Assembly (NCBI GenBank): GCA_016748015.1
Contig: JAAOMT010000129.1
Coordinates: 124,001 to 188,000, forward strand
Reading direction: 5' to 3'
Length of the DNA: 64,000 bases
Origin: Geosiphon pyriformis uo1
Lineage: Eukaryota > Fungi > Glomeromycota
The position numbers and the translations under genes are program-made. Of this stretch, positions 24,078 to 35,686 are shown piece after piece. Numbering within the stretch: the stretch's first letter is position 1; every line of letters begins with the position of its first letter. Below the pieces are notes generated by a model, which saw only the letters and a program-made list of their open reading frames with translations, was not told the DNA's origin and made no database searches.

Positions 24078-25339
24078 TCAGCATCCATGGACACCATCAG
24101 TGTCAATATAAAATTCCCCCAGTATCTTGGGTGCATGAGGTGAAAACAACATCGAAATTCTTCTCCGGGAATTATGTAAAATAGGGTTGTGAGATCGGCA
24201 CAGCATTATTCTTACATTGATAGTATTAGCCCATACCAAACCTAATGTCGGAATCTTGTTTCCATCGATAATGGCAAATTGTTTTTGCTGATAAGCTAAC
24301 TCCCAGAAATTCTTTCTCAGTGTAAAGAAATTTTCAGGAATATAATCCGAGATTTCATTAACACATATGATAGGAACATGAAATTGGTCACTTAACTCTT
24401 TCAATTTGCTTCCGAATTTACATATCTGCTTAGAACGTTGATTCAGGACTTTCGGATGGTAAGATTGTACACGAAAGTTTGACGAGATTGAGTCAATGAT
24501 CACGAGCCGAATGTTATGTCGCGAGAGAAGTACAGGTAATTGATAATTTATGGCATGATACTGTGAGTCCAGGTCCGATATTTTTGCGCAGTTAATGTTT
24601 TCACGAAGATCTACGTCTTCTAGGAATTTATATTGTCGCTTGAATCGGATGATCATCTGGTTTAAGCGCCGAATTGGGAAATGTCCTTCACTACAAAGGT
24701 ATGCCGTACCTAAATTTAATGTTGAGAGAGGGTCATACAAAAATTTTGAAATTCTTTAGATAGAAAAACAAATCGACTAAAACCTCCACCCAGTCCGCCT
24801 TTTTCCTTCGGTAATTGTGCCGTCAAACTTAATTGAAGACACAATTGGGTTTTGCCTACAGCACTGTTTGATAAAGTTAAATTTTACTTGTAGAACTGTA
24901 AAAATTTATTTGGAATCTAAAGTTAGATTACCTCTCGCCTACAATTTCAGTTATACCACTAGACAAGATACCCCCGCCTAATATATCATCAAGAAGAGTG
25001 TCACCCGTTGTGAGCATGCGCTGTTCTTGTATGAGCTGTAATGCACTAATTGGTTTTATGCGCATCTTGTATATTTCTAGATGTATGCTATTTTTAAGCT
25101 CTGATACGTCACTTTGAGATATTTCGAGTTTTTTGGATAACTCAGGTTGAGAAAGGTTTATTATGTCGGTAAAAGTTTCAAGGTTTGCTAAGAATGAAAA
25201 GCTGGGCTATGAAAATTTGTTTCAGTTTAGAGTTTTAAATAAAATTTTTATGACGGCTTTGAAAAGCCGACTATTACCTACATCTCCTGAGAGCTTCGGC
25301 GATCCTGGGCCTTAGGGTTAAGCTAGAAAGTACTTCCAT
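24078..25339 (-). CDS. XRCC3: RAD51 paralog XRCC3/Rad57 (multi-exon)
   Basis: LTTGDTLLDDILGGGI..GITEIVGE-SAVGKTQLCLQL (Walker A), AYLCSEGHFPIRRL, LVIIDSIS (Walker B), PTLGLVWANTINVRIML. Confidence 0.9.
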
Positions 25340-25476
25340 TTACTTGTTTAGCAAGGTTTTAAAACTCCCGAGTTATCAATCTCGTCATATATAGTGTGCA
25401 TGACATCATGTGCTGTATCACGTGATATAAAATACTAAATCCCGGCTCTGAGATTGCCTCAACTTCAAATTCCCCA
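25340..25476. promoter_or_regulatory. 137-bp bidirectional intergenic region between XRCC3 and the Atg31-like gene
   Basis: Head-to-head ATGs at 25339 (-) and 25477 (+). Contains TGACATCA and the E-box-like CATGTG and CACGTG. Confidence 0.55.
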
Positions 25477-26083
25477 ATGCAACAACCAACCGCATCAATT
25501 TCCCCCTCCACCTCAACTATTCCACAGTTTGTAGTAATACATGATCAATTCCAGCAGTCGTGGAAACATCCAATTGTGCACTATGTGTTTGAAGGGGAAG
25601 ATTTTCCTACTAAGGTTCCCAAAAGCAGCTGTGTGGTGGTAAACTTTGCTGAAGATGGGGAAAATATTAAAGAAGCTCATTCACTTAGTCACACCTTCCA
25701 AATTACTAATTGTAAAATAAGCTCTACACCACAAATTGGTGCACAAGCGGGCAAGGAATCTGGGGCGGTCACCGCCAGTTTAATGCTAACCATTGAAGGT
25801 GTCTCCGCGGGAAAGTATGTTCTTTTGTTTGGAACTCGTGTTTGGACACACATTTGCATGTTTCAGGAATTTTTCTTCTCTGTCTCTTAACCAATAGGAA
25901 TGAAATAGATCCGAGTTCTAATACATTCGGTCTGGATCAATTACTATATGATTTCAAAAGGAGGTAATCAAAAATTTTATTGTAAACATGTGATATCTTC
26001 AATAACTTATTAATTCAAATTTTGATAGTAGAAATGAACTTTTGCGACAAACGTTTGGCTTATCAGAGGAATTTCATATTTAA
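25477..26083 (+). CDS. Small protein resembling autophagy subunit Atg31 (3 exons)
   Basis: HPIVHYVFEGED, CVVVNF...AHSLSHTFQIT, LTIEG and a C-terminal helix LDQLLYDFKRRNELLRQ after splicing. This motif order matches what I know of fungal Atg31; not confirmed by a search. Confidence 0.6.
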
Positions 26084-26655
26084 TGAAAATTTACCGGTGT
26101 AAATTATAAACCTCACTTACCTAACCTATTATGGAGCTATCGGCTTCCATTTGAATTCAGGGTTTGAGCAAACTGTATTCATATTCTCTGTATTTTTATT
26201 CAACCATCAAAGTTGCAATATTTGGCTAGAATTCTTTGGTTGGTAAGATTTATAAACCCTTTTTTGATAGGAAGTATCATATTTCCTCATTTCTAAAGGT
26301 TTTTAATGTCCTGGACCACAGCTAACGATACCCACTTTTTTGGATCTTGATTTGAATGTAGGTATAACTTAAATAGTGTAAAATCTTAGATACTTCCTTT
26401 TTTATACTAATCACAAATTATTTTGAAATATTGAATCTATGTAATAAAAGAAGCAAAAATGAAGAACTAGTATTAAAAGAGAGGAATACTTCTTCCTCGT
26501 ACCAGCGAACTGTTCAGATAAAGGCCATGCGTTATATGTAGATCTGAGAAATCTGCAATCAGCTACGTTTCTAATTATTCGAATAAAAAATAACGGATTT
26601 TGTGGAATTATCAAATTAATCTCGAATAAACTTTTCTACGAGATAATAAGGAAAT

Positions 26656-27865
26656 TTATCCAATAACAAGTATTGATTCATCTTGAAAGTCATAAGGAGG
26701 AACCTCGAGATTCAGCGGCGCAGGACCTTTCCTGATACGGCCAGAGATGTCATAATGTGAACCATGACACGGACAATACCAACCGCCGTAATCTCCAGAT
26801 TCGCCGATTGGCACACAACCTGCAAAAATCGAAAATTGTATTTAAATTAAATGCGCTTCTTGCATAATAAAATTCTTTGCTGTCCATTTACCTAAATGAG
26901 TGCACACTCCCTATTTATTTATGATCGGTGGTTATTAAGAAGTAATTGAAATTTTACACGAAGAATCAATATTTTGAAAACTGACCAACATGACCAGCCA
27001 TTCAGGCTTTTTGACCCGTTCTGCATCCGGCTGTGGGTCTTTCAACTCATCCAATGAAGCACTATTTGCTTCAGTTATCTCATCCGGAGTCCGATGTCTT
27101 ATAAAAACGGGTTTTCCACGCCATTTGATGGTAAGATTTTTCCCCTCGGGAATTTTATGTAGGTCAACCTCAACTTTAGCCATAGCCAACACATCCGCTG
27201 AAGCAGCCATGTTTGCGAGGAAATCTGTAACTGTAGCCTTAGCACCAGCTGCAGTTAATACTCCGGTTGCGCCAACCATTAAGTAAGCGAAGGTACGATT
27301 TGAGTATCCACCGCTGTGAGGTTTTTTGTATTTGGAGAAATCAGGGATTATAGTAGACTTGGAGGTATCTACCACACCCGAAGAAAAACGCTTTTGGATA
27401 CTGGGCCCTACTAATATTGATTTAATTTAAATGGTTTAGTATAAGTCCTCAATAATGAACTTAAGATTGAGTTTTTTAATAAAAATCAAAATAATGATTA
27501 TTAATAAAATGTCTTGTATCCGCATCTCGAGTATTATTGACAGACTCCACTAAGAACATAACTTTGATGAATGGTGTTCCAAGCACCTTGCGCTACTTAC
27601 CATAGAAAAAATCCATGAAAATAGGTTAATACCTAAATTTTCAAAAAGATAACCTACCGTTTATCACCGTCTTTGATAAGAGAGTCCCGTCTGAGCGCCG
27701 TTTTGCTCCAGTGCTCCAAACAGGGGGGGGGGTAATGGGCGGATGCTCATGGCTATGGACAGCATTTGAAAATTCAAAAAGCTTCCTTACAGCAACTGCT
27801 GTGTAGGGGGCGTTGATTGGGGTTCGATTAACTGCAGCCGCAGCAAGCCGTTGGGCCAAGGTCAT
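26656..27865 (-). CDS. RIP1: Cytochrome bc1 Rieske iron-sulfur protein, mitochondrial precursor
   Basis: [71 protein letters not shown]. Confidence 0.97.
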
Positions 27866-27999
27866 GAGTACAGTTCAAAAATTAAACCTTTTTTCTAGAA
27901 AAAAAAATGGATCAAGTTCCTTCAAGTTTTGCTCTCTTATATTTTACATGGGAATTTAAGATATTACTATCTTACAGACATTACGTCATAACTTTATTT

Positions 28000-28760
28000 C
28001 TAAAATCGACTAAATAAACTTGGCAATCATAATTAAAAATTAATAACTAATACTTAATTAACAAAAATCAACTGCTTGAAAACAACAGTTTGGCTTTTTG
28101 AATTAAATCATCTAATTTCTTTATTAGTTTGTATATTAGATATTTGATAAATTTATTAATTCGAAAATTATTATATGTTCAACAATATATTATACATATG
28201 TTATTTTAGTTATAATATACAATAAATTATTACATAGTTTTTAATTTATTTTTATATATTTTATATAATTTATAATAATTTTGAATATATTATTAATTTT
28301 AAGCCAGAAATTTCAAAAAAATAGTACTTAATTAATTTTAAACTATTAATTTTAATCATAAAAATTAAAATTAAAATTAATTATTAAAATAAAACTTTAT
28401 ATTAATTTAAAGATATAGTTATTAAGATAATATATGTTTAAGTTTTTTGGTTAATTAAACCTATGTTATTTAATAAACTAAATTTTAAAATTCTAAATAT
28501 AATTTTATTTGAATATTTTTTATTATAATTTTTATGTTTATTATTTTAAAAATGAATTTATATAATATTTTAATTACCAATTATTATTATTATTATATAA
28601 TAATATTTGATAACAATATTAAAAAACATACATATAATTTCTAATTAACATTAAAAAATAATTATATAATAATTATTTTTTTATAATTAATCAAAACAAT
28701 TTAAAAATTTTAATTAATAAGATTGTGTGAGCAGATATGTAATTGTAGATCTTTATTAAA
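28000..28760. other. Extreme AT-rich island between RIP1 and EDE1
   Basis: Abrupt drop to near-zero GC between two divergent genes. Confidence 0.65.
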
Positions 28761-28896
28761 TTTTAATTTAAAAGAATGCATCAAATCTGAAATACCGACA
28801 GCACTAAATGAAATTTGAAATCTCGGTTGTTAATTTCCAACTTTTTTCACTCTTAAAATTAAGCTTTGGCGAAATCTTAATTAGAAATAGTGAGGA

Positions 28897-31800
28897 ATGA
28901 CCGCAAGAGGTGAATATTAACGCAGCTTATGCTGCCTTTACATTCGCTAATTTTAAATTTTATTTCTTAACATCATAGGTCCAGACATTAATCTAACCGT
29001 AGAGGAGAAGCATGTTTTTCGGCAGTTGTTTAAAGCTGCAGACGAAGAAGGTGATGGTATAATAACTGGACAAGGGGCAGTTACTTTTTTTGGGAAATCG
29101 GGGCTACCTTCTGCAGTGCTGGGCCAGGCAATTATTTAATTGAGTTAATGGCACTGATTTATGAAAAGTCATCATTTACGAGACCAATATTTTATTTTAG
29201 ATTTGGCAAATTGCTGACTCCGCAAATAAGGGTTTTTTAACTCCCCAGACTTTCAGCGTTGCTCTAAAACTTATAGCTCAAGCCCAAAATGGTCAACCAC
29301 CAGATCGAGCTTTAATAAATAAAGGTTTGTGTCGCTACAAAATTTCTTTGGAAATTTTAAATTTTGACCAAAATTAATCATATGTCCTTATTGATTTAGA
29401 TGCACCTTTGCCACATTTCGAAGGCATCCCTGTGGAACCAATTAATAAACAAAATAATTCTTCTGATCTGCCCTTAGGCTCTCAAAATTATCATATATCA
29501 AATATTGACCGGGAGAAATACAAAGCCATGTTTGACTCACTCAATCCGAAAAACGGAGTCTTGGATGGTAATATATGAAATTTTATTAATCTTTGTCTGG
29601 CAGTAGATAACGGCCCAGCAATTTTGATTAAAGTATAAACTTTCAGGCGAAAAGGCCCAAGCAATTTTTGTCAGGTCCAAATTACCTGTCGAAAAGCTTA
29701 GCCAAATATGGTATGGCATCAATAATTTCTCAATCATAGTTTCTTATATTTACCAACTCTTAATGGTATTATTGATCCGCAACTAAAAACTCTTTATTAA
29801 GGCAATTGGCTGACTCGAAAAATAGAGGACATTTAGATATTACAGAATTTATTATTGCAATGTATTTTATTCAAAATACTATGAACGGGGGAATTCAGAC
29901 TCTACCGCTTTCTTTACCACCCGGACTTTATGAGCAAGCAGCAGGGAATCCTAGTGTTATTCCCACTTCCCCCAAATCAACACTAATATTGCCAAAACAT
30001 GGTCAAACTTCCACCCCATCATCTCCGTTGTTAAGTGACAGTCCTAGGTTTAAGTCTACTTCTTTAAGCCCTTCAAGACAAGTTTCTGAAAAAATTCATC
30101 CAGTCGGCACTACAAATACATCATCATCATACTTTGGTGGTGATATTATCAATCCCGCAAAGGAAGCTTGGGATATTACAGATTCGGAAAAAATAACTTT
30201 TGATAAATTGTTTGCCACACTTGATGAAAAAAATCGAGGTTTTATCACAGGTATGCAGAGTTATGACAAGTGGTGATTTTTTGTTTGATATTGGCTCTTA
30301 ATTTGACCTGGAATTTATAGGAGATGAAGCGGCAAAGTTTTTCATAGACTCCAAATTGCCTCCTTCTGTTTTAGCGCAGATATGGTTGGTAATTTATTGC
30401 ATAGATTCTTCTAAATTATCCTGTAGCTCTGAACTCACATCCTTTATTTCTTTAGGGATCTTTCCGATATAACCGAATCTGGCCGATTGACCAGTGAGGA
30501 ATTTGCTGTTGCCATGCATCTAATCCGTAAGAAGAGTTCAGGGGGTGTATTGCCGGCAACCTTACCATTAAGCCTTATTCCCCCTTCAATGCGATCTATC
30601 CCAGGTTTGTTTCATTCCCATTCCGAAATTTACCTTTAACTACAAAAATCTTTATATATTACTAAATTAGCGGAAACTCCTCTGACATGAAATATTAAGC
30701 TTAATATTTGGACTATTTCATCATTTACGAAGCTATAGCGAGCAGTTTTCCTAAATTGCAAAGGTCCGCAACGGTAACTAATCACAGCACTGGGTCTGGA
30801 TCACTTCGATCCCGAACGTCTTCAAGTCACCTGGGTAGCTCAAATGATCTTTTTTTTGGTTCAATACGCGTTGCGTCCTCTCCTCCTTCGTCTCCGTTCA
30901 CTGCGATCAATACGATTCAAAGTATGTACAGAATATAGGCTTTAGAACATTGCTTTTTTTAATAGACTAAAAGTTTGATTCTTTTGAATTACTAAAGAAT
31001 CAGAGTCAAATGAGATTGATCTCTTCGGTGACCCCGATATTGACACCCAGATAGCTATTGAGAATGGTGAAATCCGAAGGCTTGAAACCCAGGTTGTAAA
31101 CCTGAATAACGCCACATCCGATTTAAAAACGAAAAGGATTCAGATGGAAAATAATCTGGCATCATTAAGGACTCAAAAACAAGATATAACATTGCGCATC
31201 ACACAATTACGGGGTCTATATGATGCCGAGATAAAGGTAGTGCAAGAGATTGAGGCCAACTATAGAAAAGAGCGCGAAGAAGTTGAAAAGTTGAGAGCTG
31301 AGCTTTCCCTGGCTGAACATTCATTGGCAAATCTACAACTGGAAAAAGAACAGTTAAATTCTGGAATTTTGAAAGACCTCGAGGAAACGCAGGCTTTAAA
31401 GAAAAAGATGCGGCTTAGTGAAGAAGAAACGGTTGCCATCAAGGCGCAGATTGAGAAATTGAAAAAAGATGTCAGACATCAGAAAGGCTTATTGGCAATT
31501 AATAAAAAGCAACTGGCAAGTCTTGAGGCTGGAAAAGATAAATCTATAAAAACCTTACAAAATCTTCACGAGGATGGTGCACTTAATCAGCACAGAACAG
31601 ATCCCTTTGGGACAGAGTCTTTCGTGCATCAATCAGGCAGTCAATCTAATAAACCCCCTTTATCTCTAACAACAGACAAGGTTTCTGAGCCTAAAAGTCA
31701 AACCCCTTCACGTCTTCATAGTCAACAAGCATCACTGTCCTCACTTCCTGATGTCGGGATAAAGCGAACACTTTCCAACGCATCTTTTGGGTCCAATTCG

Positions 31801-33429
31801 ACTCAAAGTGTTGAAAGTATAAAATCTTCTGCGAAGCTTGACGAATTATTTTCTGATAAGCCTGCTTTAGTGACCTCATCTGAAGCCACTCAATTCGACA
31901 ATTATTTTGGTAGAAAGCCACCTTTTGGACAAGAAAATTCTGGGATTATAAATGTGGGGGATGAAATATCTAATATAAACCCATTTGAAAAGTCCACTGA
32001 CAAGGTTAATTTTGATATAAATTCCGGGGTGGAAAAAGTTTCCACAAACCTGGGCCCATCAATAACCGAACCAGTTCAGGAAAAAAAAGATATGAATAGC
32101 TCAAATAAATTTTCCTTGACCCTGGAAAAGGGAAAAGATAAGCAAGACTTGTTGGAACCTGTGCAATCCTCCCAGATAGAGCAAGAACATAAGGCTAAGG
32201 TATCAACAACTGCCGATCCTTTTTCTTCTTTTGATAACTTGATAGGAGGTGGCGGACAAGCCAAATTTGATGCTGTCTTTACTACTTTTGGAGAACCGGC
32301 TCGGGAAAACTTGACAGCAGACGCATTTGCTTCTGAGTTCCCACCCCTCGAGGAAATTGAAAAATCTGTGGGAGGTGCTGAAACTTTGGGCTTTGAAGAT
32401 AATTTTGCTTCGAGCTTTACTTTAAACACATCAAGTAATATCAAACCTGAGGATGGCTTAAGTGACCAGAATCTTTTTACTCTTAATACAATCGAAACGG
32501 GTTCAAGCCTTAGTAAAAATATTCTGGCCTCAGATGATAAACAAATTAAGGAAAAGACGCACCAGATGAATGTAGAGAAAAAAAGTGATACTGATCTGGA
32601 ATTCTTGACAAAATTATTTTCTTCCGATGAAACGGGGGAATCTGCTAACAATAAAAGTGAACTTTCTAAAGCCGTCATTAATCCTATATCTAGAACGTCA
32701 TTAGATGAGTTTGAAGCAGTGTTTGAAAACCCAGTTGAGAATAAGAAAACCAATACTGAGACAGTGGAACAGAATATACAGTCTATTAATCCAGGTGTAT
32801 TTCAAGACGATTTTGACGCCGCCTTCGCAGATCTTACTGAAGCGAAAATAACAAACGCCCCTATCGATTTCGAGACGACGTTTGATGAAAATGATTTCGA
32901 TGAGGAGTTCAATCCCACGTTTGAGGCTCCAGCTGTAAAAGTGAAGCCTACAAATACTAATATTACTGTTTTTGACAAAGCTTTTGGACTGCAATCATCG
33001 GATGAATTTGGTTATTTTGATAAATTTTCCACCAATATTCCGACTGCAACTACACCCCCAACATCTAAATCCTCAAAGCCCAATTTAGATGTAGCTTTTG
33101 GGGCCAGTTTTTCACCACTAGCTACCAAGAAAACCGAAACCACTGATTCATTTGGATTTGACGATGCCTTTTCTGAATTTTATAAGCCACCAAAAAGAAA
33201 TGAAACACCATTAATAACTAACACTTCGTCATCTACAACAGTACCAAAATTACCTCCTAGGGAGTTAGCGGTGACATCCAATAAAACGGGCGAGGATAGT
33301 GACAGTGAAGATGTCAGAGCGTTGAAAGCAATGGGATTTACCCGAGAGCAGTCGGTGGATGCACTCGAGCGTTACGATTACGACTTGGAAAAGGCATCCA
33401 ACTTTTTGATTGATCAGGACAATAAATAA
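28897..33429 (+). CDS. EDE1: Eps15/Ede1-like endocytic scaffold: three EH domains, coiled coil, DPF/NPF low-complexity region, C-terminal UBA
   Basis: EH repeats (SGLPSAVLGQ-IWQIAD, SKLPVEKLSQIW, SKLPPSVLAQIW-DLSD..EFAVAMHLI); coiled coil from 31144; DPF/NPF motifs; UBA domain LKAMGFTREQSVDALERYDYDLEKASNFL. Confidence 0.93.
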
Positions 33430-34059
33430 TGACATTAAAAATTCTCCACTTAATTTAATTTACTCAATTTTATCAAACCATATTTAACTTAGTGGTGCGA
33501 TCATCGAAATTACTCAATTTTAAAAGCCATTTTTACTGAGGGTTTAGAAATATTTTCCAATCGGATAGCCTTTAAATTTACCATGTAATATTTAGATTAA
33601 AGATATTCTATGTCTCATATTACAATCAGTTCCTAAACTTTTGGATTGAGGGCTTTAATGAGATGTTACACAATGTAGATGCTTTGTTTGGCAGTATAAA
33701 ACTCAAATTTTTTACTGCATCGGAGAAAAGGTATTTCGGATTCAACTAACAAAATTTATAATAGACGATAGTTAGCCCATCTAAGGTTTTTCGAAACAAA
33801 CTGTCAATCTAATACTAATACCCATCACACTGAATTACAACAGCTGAGTCGGTATTTCTTGTCGTATTTATTTGAATCTCTTTTGTTTCTAATCACTTCG
33901 CACCTTCATTTTAAGGGTCGTGTGGGCACACTAACCGACAAGTACAAAAGCAAATATCTCCAAATCCGATTCTTTAATTAATCTTTTTGAAAATAATACA
34001 TGACTTTTCTTATTCATTTTGTTTGGTGTCATTATAGGCATACAGATTTGGGTACAAAT

Positions 34060-34740
34060 TTGAATTTGAATTTGAATCTGAATCTAATAATATACGTACA
34101 ATTTGTTTTATTACTTTCAATAATTCAATAGCAAAAAGACATAATTAATTAAATTATATTTACTCTTGAGTTCAATTATTTAAAGAAACTATATTTTTTA
34201 TTATTAGAAAAAATTCAGTTTGAGAATTGATTGGTTTTTTTATTTTGTAATTTTAAATTGATAATATTTAAACAAATGTTATTATATGTATTATTTTTAA
34301 CAATTTGTTTATTTTTTAGCTATTTAATTGATATTTATATTAATTATGAAAATAAATTAAAATTAAAAAATTACAATTAATTTTGATTAAAATTAATATA
34401 ATATAATAAAATTTTATTTTTAAAGTGTTTTCTTGTAACATTTACAAAAAATCTTATAAATTTATGAATAACTTTTTTTAATGATTATTAAAACTAAATT
34501 TTATATATATGTATTTTTAATTTTTATATTTGTTAAAAAAATTAAATAATAATGTATAATATGTTAATTATGCTATATGATTTAATAATTCAAAAATTTG
34601 TTGTATTAAAAGTTATTTTAAGTAAAAAAAAAATAATTATTAATAAAAAATTAAACATAGTTAAATTATAAACAAACATTTTATATTTTTTAATTGACAT
34701 AATGTATCAATATTTACAACATTAAAAAAAATTAAACCGA
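34060..34740. other. AT-rich island, starting with a (TTTGAA)n run
   Basis: Very low GC; no ORF. Confidence 0.6.
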
Positions 34741-35686
34741 AATTCTGGGACTTGTAAATGCAGAAAAGTTTTTATTCCAAATATTATTCTGAATAAAGCT
34801 TTACAGAATAAATTTGCAAAAATGAAGTATTTAATACAAATCTAAACATAATTAAGTTTGCCTCTTAATTGGGTTTGTCGTTGGCTCAAACTTTTTATTA
34901 CAAATATTTCCCTAGAGTATTAAAAAACAGATCAATAGAAAAGGTGTAGTGTCAAAAATAAAAATATAGGTTAAATTGGTAGATATTTATGAAGTCACTT
35001 CTATGGCAATGAAGCCACTAAGCTAAAGTGATACAAAGGAAGACTGTAAATGTTTCAAAACCTTTTGAATTAAATTTTATGCATTAACCTAAGGAGACCT
35101 GCCGTTCTAAAAATCTCCGAAACTGCATAGTCCACCAAAATTGTTAAGGTATCAAACTCATTGCAAATCTTCCCCATGTGTACCATTCAACCCGGTTTTA
35201 CGCTCTGATTTTACTTGTTTTACATACAAACCACAACAAAAAACGAAATATTATTTAGTGTATCACCTCTCTGCTTCTTTTAGATGTCAAAGTAAGTTGA
35301 TAGTAGATCAGAATTTAGGAAAACACATTTCCTCATGACTATAATATTATGAACAATATATTCATAATATTATGAATAACCTTTTTCGAATTAGAAACGC
35401 GTGTATCTTTATCATGGTGCTTATATAAAGGATAGTAAAGAAGAAATGGGTTTGTTCACACTCACTAAATAGGTAGACGAATATAAATTATAGGATATAG
35501 TTTTTTGTATTTTTAATTTCCCCTCCTTCTCCTCCTTCCCGTTCTTCTCTCCCACCTGCACAGTCCCCATATAATCTTGTGTTGAGGAAGGCTGGTCTTT
35601 TCCATCATATTTTTGTAGATAGATATACCTTCTTAATCATACACTGTAGCCAGTAGACTTTATTTTACAATAAATATATATAAAAA

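Noticed and set aside
27412-27656. Long RIP1 intron 1 with a GC-richer core, a small hairpin and an ACA near the end of that core (possible H/ACA snoRNA or cryptic exon)
   Set aside because: No properly placed H box with two hairpins, and the cryptic exon would need an implausibly short upstream intron. An Infernal search could revisit it.
32076-32753. 225-aa antisense ORF inside EDE1
   Set aside because: Shadow of a long coding exon, with no recognisable motif.
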